A program made the translations under genes and the position numbers. Under the pieces are notes generated by a model. It was not told the DNA's origin, ran no database searches, and saw only the letters and a list, made by a program, of their open reading frames with translations. Of a stretch of 61,119 nt of DNA, positions 18,230 to 27,732 are shown piece by piece. The stretch spans positions 5,637 through 66,755 of the forward strand of contig CAZMXY010000001.1 in the NCBI GenBank assembly GCA_964570345.1, read 5' to 3'. Origin of the DNA: an uncultured Rhodothermales bacterium (GTDB taxonomy: Bacteria > Bacteroidota > Rhodothermia > Rhodothermales > VXPQ01). Position 1 is the stretch's first letter, and each line of letters begins with the position of its first letter.

Positions 18230-19141
18230 ATGCCCGGTACGCGATCGTCTCTCCTACCGCCTTACGTCACCGAAAAAGCACTGCTCGAGCTAATCGATCG
18301 CGCGCTTCGAGAAGACGTCGGTGCGGGAGACGTGACGACGCAGGCCACGGTCACGGCGAGCACGAAGGCGGAGGCGCACTTCGTCGCGAAGGAAGACGGC
18401 ATCTTGGCGGGCATGTATGTCGCCGAGCGAATCATGCATCGCATTGACGATTCTCTGTCGTTTTCCTGGACGCGACGGGACGGAGAGTCGATCTATCGGG
18501 GTACGAGCTTCGGTACCGTCCGCGGCGAGGCGGCCGCGATTCTGACGGGCGAACGGCTTGCGCTCAACGTGATGCAGCGCATGAGCGGCATCGCGACGAC
18601 GACCATGCGCTTCGTCGACGCCGTTCGTGGCCATACCGCAAAAATTCTCGATACCCGCAAGACGGCGCCCGGTCTCCGTATCCTCGATAAGTGGGCGGTC
18701 GTGCTAGGAAGGGGTGGAAACCATCGATTCGGGCTATTCGACATGATCTTGATCAAAGACAACCACGCTGCGGCGGCGGGCGGAGTTTCGAACGCGATCC
18801 GGGCTGCACGAGCGTACGCGGCGGATCGTGAACTGAAAATCGAAGTGGAGACTAGAACACTGGAGGACGTGGATGCGGTCATGGCCGAGGGCGGCGTGGA
18901 CTTGATTCTTCTGGACAACATGGTCGATCTCGGACCGGGTGACAAGGTCGACGTCAACCGGCTCCGGATGGCCGTAGAGCGCATCGACGGGCGGATTCCG
19001 ACCGAGGCCTCGGGGAACGTCACGCTTCAGACCGTCCGCGCGATCGCATCGACCGGAGTCGACTTTATCTCCTCGGGCGCCTTGACGCACTCCGTTTCCG
19101 CTCTGGACGTCTCGCTCGAAATGAACCTTTCGCGCGGGTGA
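18230..19141 (+). CDS. nadC: nicotinate-nucleotide pyrophosphorylase (quinolinate phosphoribosyltransferase)
   Basis: 303 aa with motifs DVTT, ERLALNVMQRMSGIAT, ILDTRKTAPGLR and IKDNH. The ATG immediately follows the thioesterase TAG. Confidence 0.92.
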   Translation: MPGTRSSLLPPYVTEKALLELIDRALREDVGAGDVTTQATVTASTKAEAHFVAKEDGILAGMYVAERIMHRIDDSLSFSWTRRDGESIYRGTSFGTVRGEAAAILTGERLALNVMQRMSGIATTTMRFVDAVRGHTAKILDTRKTAPGLRILDKWAVVLGRGGNHRFGLFDMILIKDNHAAAAGGVSNAIRAARAYAADRELKIEVETRTLEDVDAVMAEGGVDLILLDNMVDLGPGDKVDVNRLRMAVERIDGRIPTEASGNVTLQTVRAIASTGVDFISSGALTHSVSALDVSLEMNLSRG

Positions 19142-19360
19142 GATCTTGTGCGACCAACTCGTTCTATCGTCTTCCATCACGGCCCGCTCGACCGGCGCGG
19201 CGCGGCGAAGCGGTATGAGTGGTGGAAGCGGATCCGTAACGCATCACTTCCGTAGGACCTCGGCAGGGCGGGATGAATCAAATTGCAGCCAACCGTCGAC
19301 TTAACACGTAGCGACGTTCGCAGCGGACAATAGTAAGGTGCCGGTGCCACCTCTACGCGT

Positions 19361-19843
19361 ATGAAGAACATCCTCGTAAGTATCGATTTCTCGGAGGTGA
19401 CGGAGCTGCTGGTAGACCGGGCAGCGGAGATGGGGAAGGCATTCTCGAGTACGGTCCGTCTCCTGCACGTGGCTCCTCCGGATCCGGCGTTTGCCAGCTC
19501 GAAAGCGTGGCCGCAGGAAGTTCGGGACCAGCTCGCGAAGGAGCTTCACGAGGAGCACGATCGCTTACGGGAGCTCGCCGCCCGGCTGGAGAGCGAAGGC
19601 CTGCACGTGAAGGTCTTGATGGATCGGGGCTCCATCGTCGAAACGATTCTGGAAATTGCGGCCAAGACAAAGTCCGAGCTGATTATGCTCGGGTCCCGCA
19701 CGCATGGTGCATTCTTCCAACTCGCTCCCCGGAGTATCGTGAAAGGCATCATAAGCCGGTCCTCCTGTCCGGTCATGGTGGTTCCACAGCCTAAGCGAAG
19801 CCCGGAGGCCCAGGGAGAACGCGGCGTCAGAGAGGTCTGCTAA
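19361..19843 (+). CDS. universal stress protein (UspA family)
   Basis: 160 aa. Begins MKNILVSIDFSE and contains ...ELIMLGSRTHGAFFQLAPRSIVKGIISRSSCPVMVVP, a typical USP C-terminal ATP-binding region. Confidence 0.85.
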   Translation: MKNILVSIDFSEVTELLVDRAAEMGKAFSSTVRLLHVAPPDPAFASSKAWPQEVRDQLAKELHEEHDRLRELAARLESEGLHVKVLMDRGSIVETILEIAAKTKSELIMLGSRTHGAFFQLAPRSIVKGIISRSSCPVMVVPQPKRSPEAQGERGVREVC

Positions 19844-19867
19844 CGAAACCCGAACGGAGAACGGACC

Positions 19868-21070
19868 CTAGCATGCCGAGCCGGTCGGTTCCGTGCCGTG
19901 CTTCTCCAGAAGATCCTTCACGAACGGGCCGTCCGGGTATCGTCGATTCCATTCTTCGAACAGCTTCCGACTTTCCGCCGAACAGACGCCTCCTACTACG
20001 CGCGGCATGATCATGCCCGGGCTCTGCATAGGGCGACATCTTGCGATACCTCCATTGCTGGGCGCCTCGAGCGCGTAGATAATCGTATCGACTCTCGCAC
20101 CCATCGCGGCCCCGAAACACATCATGCACGGCTCGAGCGTCGAGATCAGGATCAGCTCGCGTCGGTTCAGTGGGTAGCCGATGCTGACGTCCGCGAACGC
20201 CTGCATCTCTCCGTGGGCGAGAAAATCTCTCGTCGTCTCCGTTCGGCTTCGCCCTCGGCCCACGATCGAGCCCTCTCCGTTCACCAGAACGGCCCCTACC
20301 GGCAAATCGCCGCTCTCCAGACCTCGGCGGGCCTCATCGAGGGCTTCGGCCATGAGATCGCGCATCGTCCGCCAGGTGAGGCGAATCGGTCCCGGAGTCG
20401 ACAGATTGATTGCATTCTCGAGGTCTTCGACGAGGGCCCCGACGTGAGGATATACGCCGCGCGCGCCGGCGCGAAACATTTTTTCGGATGAATGGACGCC
20501 CGTCAGCACGCCGAGACAGAGCACGCCCGCCCTCCGTGCCGATTCGACGTCGTACGGCGTATCGCCAACCATTACGCATTGCGCCGGGGAGAGATCGAGC
20601 TTCTCGTAGGCGGCGATGACGGGATCCGGGCACGGCTTGCCGACGTCCACGTCGTCATCCGCAACGACGACGTCGGGGAGATTCAAAAGGTCGACACCAG
20701 CTCTCGTCCCGACTTTTTCGAGGCTATCGCGCTTCGATCCCGTGGCCAGAACCGTTCGCAGACCGACCCTGCGAGCACGCTCGAACACCTCGACGGCACC
20801 GGGAAATACGGGGATCGTCCGGCGATCGAGCAGTTCCAGGTAGATCTCGTCGTGCGCCTTGCGTATGACGTCTCCCTTTTCGATCTCGACCCGCTCGCCG
20901 AGAAGATCCGGCACGAGTAGGCTTCCGCTTTTCCCGATCTCGGTGATGATTCGCTCTTGATCGAGCCTATAGCCGTGACGTTCGATGGCCAATGCCCAGG
21001 CCTCGGCATGCAGGCCGTTCGTGTCAACGAGGGTGCCGTCGAGGTCCAGAATAATCGCGTCGAGTGCCAT
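19868..21070 (-). CDS. fusion protein: HAD-superfamily hydrolase (N-terminal) + CDA-fold nucleoside/tRNA-adenosine-type deaminase (C-terminal)
   Basis: The track ORF runs to 21208; I prefer the ATG at 21070 (MALDAIILDLDGTLVDTN, which is HAD motif I DxDxT). HAD motif IV is VGDTPYDVESARRAG. The C-terminal deaminase zinc motifs are HGEMQAF and LEPCMMCFGA. Confidence 0.75.
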   Translation of the reverse strand: MALDAIILDLDGTLVDTNGLHAEAWALAIERHGYRLDQERIITEIGKSGSLLVPDLLGERVEIEKGDVIRKAHDEIYLELLDRRTIPVFPGAVEVFERARRVGLRTVLATGSKRDSLEKVGTRAGVDLLNLPDVVVADDDVDVGKPCPDPVIAAYEKLDLSPAQCVMVGDTPYDVESARRAGVLCLGVLTGVHSSEKMFRAGARGVYPHVGALVEDLENAINLSTPGPIRLTWRTMRDLMAEALDEARRGLESGDLPVGAVLVNGEGSIVGRGRSRTETTRDFLAHGEMQAFADVSIGYPLNRRELILISTLEPCMMCFGAAMGARVDTIIYALEAPSNGGIARCRPMQSPGMIMPRVVGGVCSAESRKLFEEWNRRYPDGPFVKDLLEKHGTEPTGSAC

Positions 21071-21288
21071 CGATTGTTGCCAGGCTTGAGGAGGGAGGGA
21101 GTTCGCCGCAGCCGCTCGGCATACGTTTCCGGTGGCCGGCCGTTTCTCTACGACATGCTGTGGGCGCGGAGGATTCCTTTTCATCCTATGATGGATATTT
21201 TGATACATTTTTGTTGCGAACGACGGCCTCGATATCTCTCGAGCCGTCCGCGTGAGACGTCCACCTCGTACAAAAGGATTTCAGTTGA

Positions 21289-22182
21289 ATGCACGAAAGG
21301 TTGTATGGCGGCATCGAGGCCGGCGGAACGAAATTCGTTTGTGCGGTGGGCACGGGACCGGGCGATCTATCCGACGTGCAGACGTTCGAGACGACGTCTC
21401 CCGGCGAGACGCTGGACCGCGCGGTCTCTTTTTTTCGGCCTTACGGAAATCTCGCGGCCGTCGGGATCGGCTCCTTCGGGCCGGTGGATATCGATCCCGA
21501 TTCACGGACGTTCGGATTCGTGACGAGCACGCCGAAGACGGACTGGACCAACACTGATTTCGCCGGATTCCTTCGTCGCGAGCTGGGCGTTACCGTGGCC
21601 TTCGACACGGACGTAAACGCCGCCGCTCTGGGAGAGCATCGATGGGGAGCCGCTGCGGGCCTGACGACATTCCTGTACCTGACGGTCGGGACCGGTGTCG
21701 GAGGCGGGGCCATGACGGAGGGCAAGCGACTTCACGGGCTCCTCCATCCCGAGATGGGTCATTTGAGATTGCCCCGGGCGATGCGGGACGACTTCCCCGG
21801 TACCTGTCCGTACCACGGCGACTGCCTCGAGGGCATGACGTCCGGACCTTCCATCAACGCACGCACCGGCCGGCCGCCCGAATCGCTCCCGCCGGAGGAC
21901 CCCGCGTGGACGTTCGTTGTCCACTATTTGTCCGCCGCACTCGTCAATTACGTATGCGTATTGTCGCCCCAGCGAATCATTATGGGAGGCGGCGTCATGA
22001 AGCAGGAGCACCTCTTTCCGCGAATTCGCTCGCAAGTCCGCAGACTGCTCAACGGCTACGTCCGGACGGACGAGATCCTGAGCGGGATCGACGCCTACAT
22101 CGTCCCTCCTGCGCTGGGAGAACGAGCGGGAGTCTTGGGCGCCATCGCTCTGGCCGAGGAAGCGTTCGGCCCATACACATAA
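21289..22182 (+). CDS. ROK family sugar kinase (fructokinase/glucokinase-like)
   Basis: 297 aa. N-terminal ATP-binding motif LYGGIEAGGTKFVCAV. ROK zinc motif EMGHLRL...CPYHGDCLEG. Confidence 0.85.
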   Translation: MHERLYGGIEAGGTKFVCAVGTGPGDLSDVQTFETTSPGETLDRAVSFFRPYGNLAAVGIGSFGPVDIDPDSRTFGFVTSTPKTDWTNTDFAGFLRRELGVTVAFDTDVNAAALGEHRWGAAAGLTTFLYLTVGTGVGGGAMTEGKRLHGLLHPEMGHLRLPRAMRDDFPGTCPYHGDCLEGMTSGPSINARTGRPPESLPPEDPAWTFVVHYLSAALVNYVCVLSPQRIIMGGGVMKQEHLFPRIRSQVRRLLNGYVRTDEILSGIDAYIVPPALGERAGVLGAIALAEEAFGPYT

Positions 22183-22184
22183 TG

Positions 22185-22243
22185 GCGCAGGCCGACGACG
22201 TCTGCAGATACGGCACCGAATCGCGCAGGCCGACGACGCCTGC
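22185..22243 (+). repeat. two copies of a 21-nt hairpin-forming direct repeat (GCGCAGGCCGACGACGYCTGC) spaced 38 bp start to start
   Basis: Copy 1 is 22185..22205 and copy 2 is 22223..22243, identical at 20/21 positions. Each contains a GCAGGC(N7)GYCTGC stem-loop. The pair begins 3 nt after the ROK kinase stop codon. Confidence 0.7.
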
Positions 22244-22524
22244 GGTTAGGGCGCCCAATCGCGCCGGATGGCCCTCGTAGGGCAAGGGCGCCCTGATTTC
22301 GCAACGGCTTTTCCGATTGCGAAGCCGGCACACCAAATCCACGATCGTCAGAAACATTCGCCCTGCCGGCCGTATTTGAGAATCGCTATCTCAGAGCTTC
22401 GCGCGTCGACTACGCCATCTTGCGATACGATGCGTCTACCGCCGGGCACGCACGAACAGGCCGCCTCGTATGAGGAGCATCGTGCTACGCTATCAATCCT
22501 CCCTCGCATCTAGTATCCGGGTCC

Positions 22525-23934
22525 ATGCTGCAGGAACAGAGCCGCCTGTTTCAGCGACTCCTCTTCTTCGTCGACCTCGCGCTCGTCGTCGTCGGCTGGT
22601 CGCTTGCCTGGTTCATTCGCTTTGAAGTGCTGCCGTGGATCGGCGTCCTTGCTCCGCCCGAGTGGCAGTCGTTCTCCCGCTACCTCGGATTCCTTCCTTG
22701 GGTGCTCATCGTGTCTGCCGGCGTTTTTTGGCTGTCCGGACTCTACGATCCCGATCGATTTCAGCGCCTACCGCGATTGATATTCAGCGTGGCAAAGGCC
22801 GTGGCCCTCGGTCTTCTCGTCACGGCCGCGTCGCTGTCATTTTATCGCGCGCTTTATTTTTCCCGGCTACACATGGTGTTGTTCGGACTCGTGACGCCGA
22901 CCCTCATGGTGCTGGTTCGCCTAGTCCTGTACTCGCTGGTTCGCCGGGCGAGGGCGCAGGGCGTCAACCTGCGTCGCGTACTCATCATCGGCGCAGGGAA
23001 GGCGGGTAAAAGGCTCGAAGATTCGTTCCGACAGTATCCGTGGATGGGTTTCGAGGTGGTCGGATTCCTCGACGACCACAAGACCGATTCGGCGAACGTC
23101 CTGGGACACGTCGACGACGCGCCCGCCGTCTTGGATCGGTTCGACCGAGAAGGACGAGGTATTGATTACGTCTACGTCGCCCTACCGCTCGCAGCCGCCG
23201 CGCGCATAGAGAACCTGGTGAACGACCTCTCGACGCGGCTCGCTCACGTCTGCCTCGTTCCCGACCTGTTCCACTTCGACATCGTGAACAGTCGCATCTC
23301 GGATCTGGGCGGACTTCCGGTCATCCATCTGATCGACGAGGCACCGCTCGAATTCCGGCGGATCGTGAAGCGCGCAATCGACGTCCTGTTTTCCCTTTTC
23401 GTGCTCACCGTAACGCTGCCGCTCCTCCTGCTCATCGCGGCGCTCGTTAAGCTATCGTCACGCGGGCCCATCTTCTACAAACAGGAGCGGATGGGTCTTA
23501 ACGGTCTGACATTCGACATGCTCAAGTTCCGGTCCATGCCGGTGAATGCCGAATCGGCCAGCGGTCCGGTCTGGGCGAAAAAGGGAGAGGTTCGGGCGAC
23601 GCCGATCGGACGTATTCTGCGTCGCACCTCACTCGACGAGCTGCCGCAGTTCATTAACGTACTCGTCGGAGACATGTCGGTCGTCGGTCCGCGACCGGAG
23701 CGACCGGTCTTCATCGCGAAATTCAAAGAGCGGGTTCCGCGATACATGCTTCGACACAAGGTGAAGGCCGGGATTACCGGCTGGGCCCAGGTGAATGGCT
23801 GGCGTGGCAACACGTCCATCGAAAAACGGATCGAATACGACATTTACTACATTCAAAACTGGTCCCTATTGCTCGACCTAAAAATCATTTTGATGACGGT
23901 GGCGTCCGGATTCATCCACAAGAACGCGTACTGA
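22525..23934 (+). CDS. undecaprenyl-phosphate sugar phosphotransferase (WbaP/WcaJ-type exopolysaccharide initiating PGPT)
   Basis: 469 aa with N-terminal TM helices and a Rossmann-like region (VLIIGAGKAGKRL). The catalytic block is intact: GPIFYKQERMGLNGLTFDMLKFRSM...SLDELPQFINVLVGDMSVVGPRPERP. Confidence 0.9.
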   Translation: MLQEQSRLFQRLLFFVDLALVVVGWSLAWFIRFEVLPWIGVLAPPEWQSFSRYLGFLPWVLIVSAGVFWLSGLYDPDRFQRLPRLIFSVAKAVALGLLVTAASLSFYRALYFSRLHMVLFGLVTPTLMVLVRLVLYSLVRRARAQGVNLRRVLIIGAGKAGKRLEDSFRQYPWMGFEVVGFLDDHKTDSANVLGHVDDAPAVLDRFDREGRGIDYVYVALPLAAAARIENLVNDLSTRLAHVCLVPDLFHFDIVNSRISDLGGLPVIHLIDEAPLEFRRIVKRAIDVLFSLFVLTVTLPLLLLIAALVKLSSRGPIFYKQERMGLNGLTFDMLKFRSMPVNAESASGPVWAKKGEVRATPIGRILRRTSLDELPQFINVLVGDMSVVGPRPERPVFIAKFKERVPRYMLRHKVKAGITGWAQVNGWRGNTSIEKRIEYDIYYIQNWSLLLDLKIILMTVASGFIHKNAY

Positions 23935-23986
23935 CCGCATTCGGAGTCAACGCATCAGCTTCCGGTTCTTCGGTTTTCCTCCCGCG

Positions 23987-26032
23987 GTGATCCAACTCAC
24001 AGACATACATCTCGCGTTCGGCGGGCAGGTCGTCCTCGACGGCCTCTCCTGGACCATCCCCCCGCAGGAACGTATCGGTTTGATCGGCAAAAACGGCGCC
24101 GGCAAGTCTTCGCTGCTCAAACTCATCACGGGACAGATCCATCCCGACGAAGGCCGGGTCGTCATCGGAGGGCAAACCAGCGTCGGCTATCTCGAGCAGG
24201 ACGTGCAGTCGTTGAATTCGGAGTCGAGCATACTCGAAGAGGCGCTTACCGCGTTCGAGAGCATCCAGCAGCTTGAGCGCGAGGAACTCCGGATTACCGA
24301 GGAGCTGGCCGAACATCCCGATCACGACGATCCACAGTACGAACGACTGCTTCACAGCCTCGAGCGCGTTCATGCGCAGATGGCGGCGGGCGACGCGCAC
24401 CGTATTCAACCGAAAGCCGAATCGGTGTTGACCGGACTCGGATTCGACGCCGACGACATGGATCGGGCCGTCCACACGTTCTCGGGTGGATGGCGCATGC
24501 GCGTCGCCCTGGCCAAGCTGCTCCTGCGGCAGCCTGACTTTCTTCTTCTGGACGAACCGACCAACCACCTCGACATCGAAAGCATCGCCTGGTTGGAGGA
24601 TTACCTGCGTCTCTACGACGGCACGGTCGTCATGGTCTCGCACGACCGCTATTTCCTCGATCGGATGGTGACGTCCATCGCCGAGCTCACGCACGGTCGA
24701 ATTGACCACTATGCCGGCAACTACGCCTTCTATCTCATCGAACGTGAAGGGCGTTGGGAGCTTCAGCGATCGGCGTACGAAAATCAGCAGAAGGAGATCG
24801 CGCAGATCGAGCGCTTCATCGAGCGGTTCCGCTACAAGGCGTCGAAGGCGAGTCAGGTCCAGAGCCGCGTCAAAATGCTCGAGAAAATGGACCGCGTGCC
24901 GCCGCCGCCTACCGACGAGGCCACCGTTGACTTTCGCTTTCCCGAGCCGTCCCGATCGGGACGAGTCGTGCTCGAACTCTCGACATTTTCCAAGCGATAT
25001 GACGGACCCGAGGGGGTCATCGAGGTTTTCGACGATGCGGGGGCGCTCACGATCGAGCGCGGCGAGAAGATCGCGCTCATCGGCAAAAATGGCGCCGGCA
25101 AGTCGACGCTGGCGCGCATCGTGAATGGAGCCGAGCCGTTCGACGGAACGCGCCGACTCGGGCACAACGTCGAGCCGTCGTTTTTCGCCCAGCATCAGGC
25201 CGAGACGCTGCAACCGAGCGACACCATCCTTGAGGCGCTGCGGCGTGAAGCGCCCCATAAATCGGACGGTGAAATCCGATCGCTCCTGGGCACTTTTCTC
25301 TTCAGCGGAGACGACGCGTTCAAGCGAACGTCGATCCTTTCGGGCGGGGAAAAGTCCAGAGTCGCGCTCGCACGTACGCTCCTGCATCCGGCCAATTTTC
25401 TGATTCTCGACGAGCCGACCAATCATCTCGACGCGCAGTCGATCGCCGTGCTGATCGAGGCACTAAAACAGTACACCGGGACGCTGATCGTGGTGAGTCA
25501 CGACCGGCATTTCCTCGATCAGATTTCCAACCGCGTCTGGTACGTTGCCGACGGCGACGTGCATACGTACATCGGGAACTACACCGAATTTCGATGGCAG
25601 ACCGAGCACGGCACGCGCCGAACCAACGAACCCGCATCCGACCCCACGCCGGCGAATGGACGTGGCACGATCTCGGACGACGGATCGAAACGAGGGGGGA
25701 GCGGCCCCAAGTCGAAGGAGCAGAAGCGTCGTGAGGCAGAAGAGCGGAACCGGCTTTATCGCGCATTGAAGGACGGTCGCGAGGTGGAACCCCACGGACT
25801 CGACGGCCGGCAGCTTCGCAAGGTGTACGACGAAACGGAGAAGCAGGTCGTTCGGCGGGAAGAGGACGTCGCGAAAATCGAGGCGGAGCTGGCCGATCCC
25901 GACCTGTACGACGACGCCAACCGTATTCAGTCGTTGAACGTGTCGTACGGAGAGGCTCGACGCGAGCTAGCCGAACTGTACAAAAAGTGGGAGGACCTTG
26001 CCGAACAGCTGGCGGCACGGACCGATGCTTAG
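23987..26032 (+). CDS. ABC-F family ATPase (two ABC domains, no TMD) with a C-terminal coiled-coil extension
   Basis: GTG start. Two Walker A motifs (GKNGAGKSS, GKNGAGKST) and two ABC signatures (FSGGWRMRVALA, LSGGEKSRVALA). A Lys/Arg/Glu-rich coiled-coil tail follows. The 504-aa antisense ORF 23912..25426 is a shadow. Confidence 0.92.
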   Translation: MIQLTDIHLAFGGQVVLDGLSWTIPPQERIGLIGKNGAGKSSLLKLITGQIHPDEGRVVIGGQTSVGYLEQDVQSLNSESSILEEALTAFESIQQLEREELRITEELAEHPDHDDPQYERLLHSLERVHAQMAAGDAHRIQPKAESVLTGLGFDADDMDRAVHTFSGGWRMRVALAKLLLRQPDFLLLDEPTNHLDIESIAWLEDYLRLYDGTVVMVSHDRYFLDRMVTSIAELTHGRIDHYAGNYAFYLIEREGRWELQRSAYENQQKEIAQIERFIERFRYKASKASQVQSRVKMLEKMDRVPPPPTDEATVDFRFPEPSRSGRVVLELSTFSKRYDGPEGVIEVFDDAGALTIERGEKIALIGKNGAGKSTLARIVNGAEPFDGTRRLGHNVEPSFFAQHQAETLQPSDTILEALRREAPHKSDGEIRSLLGTFLFSGDDAFKRTSILSGGEKSRVALARTLLHPANFLILDEPTNHLDAQSIAVLIEALKQYTGTLIVVSHDRHFLDQISNRVWYVADGDVHTYIGNYTEFRWQTEHGTRRTNEPASDPTPANGRGTISDDGSKRGGSGPKSKEQKRREAEERNRLYRALKDGREVEPHGLDGRQLRKVYDETEKQVVRREEDVAKIEAELADPDLYDDANRIQSLNVSYGEARRELAELYKKWEDLAEQLAARTDA

Positions 26033-27230
26033 CCAGAACTCGATACGGCGCCGTTGGCTCGCTCTCCTCACGGCGGTTTTGTGCGCTCTACCCACCGCCG
26101 CGGCCGCTCAGATATTCGAATTGCAACACCCCGACCCGACTCCGGGCGACTTCTTCGGTACGGCAGTCGCGCTCGAGGGACGCCTCGCGCTCGTCGGGGC
26201 CACCGGCGACGATACCTGCGGCACGGACTCCGGCGCCGCATACGTTTACGAGAACATCGAGGGATCTCACGAATGGGCGCTTGCTTCGAAGCTGATGCCG
26301 TCGGATTGTGAGGCAGGACGATTCTTTGGACGCTCGGTGGCCCTCGGAGTACGCACGGCGGTCGTCGCTGCCTCGCAGGAATATTTCAGCGAAGAGGCGC
26401 CCAACGCCGTTTACGTTTTCGAGGTGGACAGCCTGGGGTCGTGGCGTGAAACGGCAAAGCTGACCGGTGGCCGGGCATCGGAGGAGGGGGCCTTCGGTAC
26501 GTCCGTGTCGATCGATGGAGAGCGGATCCTCGTAACGACGTCGGGCGATCCGGCGGGCGGACGGTTAAGCGGCACGGCTCACGTCTTCGAGCGCAGAGGC
26601 GACGGCCGATGGGAACGGACAAGCCGGTTCTCTGCGGGGCGGATCCATCTCGGCGTTTTCGGCACCGCGGGTGCAATCAAGGGCGAAAATGCGGTCGTCT
26701 CCGCTTCGACCTATTTTCGATACCGACCGGGATCGGTTTACTTTTTCCGACGGGATCCGAATTCGAATCGTTGGATGGAAACGATGCGATTCGGGGGCGT
26801 GGACGATTTTTTCATCTCGGTCGACCTCGACCACGAGCGAGCGATCGTCGGGGAGAGCAAGGGCGGCCGGAACGCCTCCGGCGCGGCCACCATATTCGAG
26901 CTCGACGACACCGGTCGGTGGCAAAAAACGCACACGCTAAGGCTGGAGAAACCTTACGACTACGGCGCCTTCGGAACGGAAGTCGCCATCGACGGCGAGT
27001 ACGCTCTCGTCGCCGCCTACGACGAACAGCTCGGCCTGGACTTCAACATCCACCGGGTCGTGTACGTTTTCAAGCGGACGACGACAGGTGAGTGGACACA
27101 GCGTCAGGTCATCGACGTCGGAGACGTGGCGTTCGGTGCGTCGTTGGACGTGGATGCGGGATACGCCGTCATCGGAAGCGCCGCCGATGCCAGGCCGGGC
27201 GCGGCCTACGTGGTCAGACTCGTCGAATAG
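26025..27230 (+). CDS. secreted repeat protein, probable 7-bladed FG-GAP-like beta-propeller
   Basis: Signal peptide from the ATG at 26025 (MLSQNSIRRRWLALLTAVLCALPTAAAAQ). Has about 7 repeats of an FGxxVxhxGxxhhVGA-like unit (FGTAVALEGRLALVGA, FGRSVALGVRTAVVAA, FGTSVSIDGERILVTT, FGTAGAIKGENAVVSA, FGTEVAIDGEYALVAA, FGASLDVDAGYAVIGS). The start overlaps the ABC-F stop (ATGCTTAG). Confidence 0.65.
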   Translation: MLSQNSIRRRWLALLTAVLCALPTAAAAQIFELQHPDPTPGDFFGTAVALEGRLALVGATGDDTCGTDSGAAYVYENIEGSHEWALASKLMPSDCEAGRFFGRSVALGVRTAVVAASQEYFSEEAPNAVYVFEVDSLGSWRETAKLTGGRASEEGAFGTSVSIDGERILVTTSGDPAGGRLSGTAHVFERRGDGRWERTSRFSAGRIHLGVFGTAGAIKGENAVVSASTYFRYRPGSVYFFRRDPNSNRWMETMRFGGVDDFFISVDLDHERAIVGESKGGRNASGAATIFELDDTGRWQKTHTLRLEKPYDYGAFGTEVAIDGEYALVAAYDEQLGLDFNIHRVVYVFKRTTTGEWTQRQVIDVGDVAFGASLDVDAGYAVIGSAADARPGAAYVVRLVE

Positions 27231-27323
27231 CGTCTATCGGCCTTTCAAGCTCGTCTTCTGCCGCCTGCATTCTCGGCACGTTCATCTCACGCCGCCGGAG
27301 ACGACCCGAACCGACGTAAGGGT

Positions 27324-27698
27324 TCAGGACTCCGATTTTGCCGGCTCCGGTGGATTTGTGCGAAAGCTTTCGGCCGCTTCCTCGACCGATTCGTAGTCGT
27401 CGAAGACGGAACCGAGCAGACGGGTAATAAGGAACAGGTTTCTGATCCGCTTCTCCATGTTCGCGAGGCGAACGTCTCCCCCGGCCTTGCGCAAACTCGT
27501 CAGACCGCTGATCAGCGCGCCGATACCCGATGAATCCATGAAATCGGTCTGGCCCAAATCGATTACGACGTGAGTCTTTCCCGCCTGTCTCAGGTCATCG
27601 AGCGCCTGCTTGAATTCGGGGCCGTCGATACTGCCGAGAAATTTGCCCTTGATCTCGACGACCGTCGCCTGATAGAGATCTTGAACGTTGATGCTCAT
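27324..27698 (-). CDS. STAS-domain anti-sigma-factor antagonist (SpoIIAA/RsbV-like)
   Basis: The product from the ATG at 27698 is MSINVQDLYQATVVEIKGKFLG...VVIDLGQTDFMDSSGIGALISGL, containing the conserved phosphorylatable DSSG motif. The track ORF (to 27908) is an N-terminal extension. Confidence 0.85.
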   Translation of the reverse strand: MSINVQDLYQATVVEIKGKFLGSIDGPEFKQALDDLRQAGKTHVVIDLGQTDFMDSSGIGALISGLTSLRKAGGDVRLANMEKRIRNLFLITRLLGSVFDDYESVEEAAESFRTNPPEPAKSES

Positions 27699-27718
27699 GA
27701 TGTGGCTGTCATTTCTTG

Positions 27719-27732
27719 TTGCTGCGCAGCAA
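27719..27732. promoter_or_regulatory. perfect 14-bp palindrome TTGCTGCGCAGCAA in the STAS gene leader
   Basis: Read directly from the sequence. It lies about 20 nt upstream of the STAS start codon, inside the 241-bp divergent intergenic region. It could be an operator or a leader hairpin; function unknown. Confidence 0.35.

Noticed and set aside
23912-25426. 504-aa minus-strand ORF
   Set aside because: It lies antisense to the ABC-F ATPase, which has two Walker A motifs and two ABC signature motifs on the plus strand. Shadow ORF.
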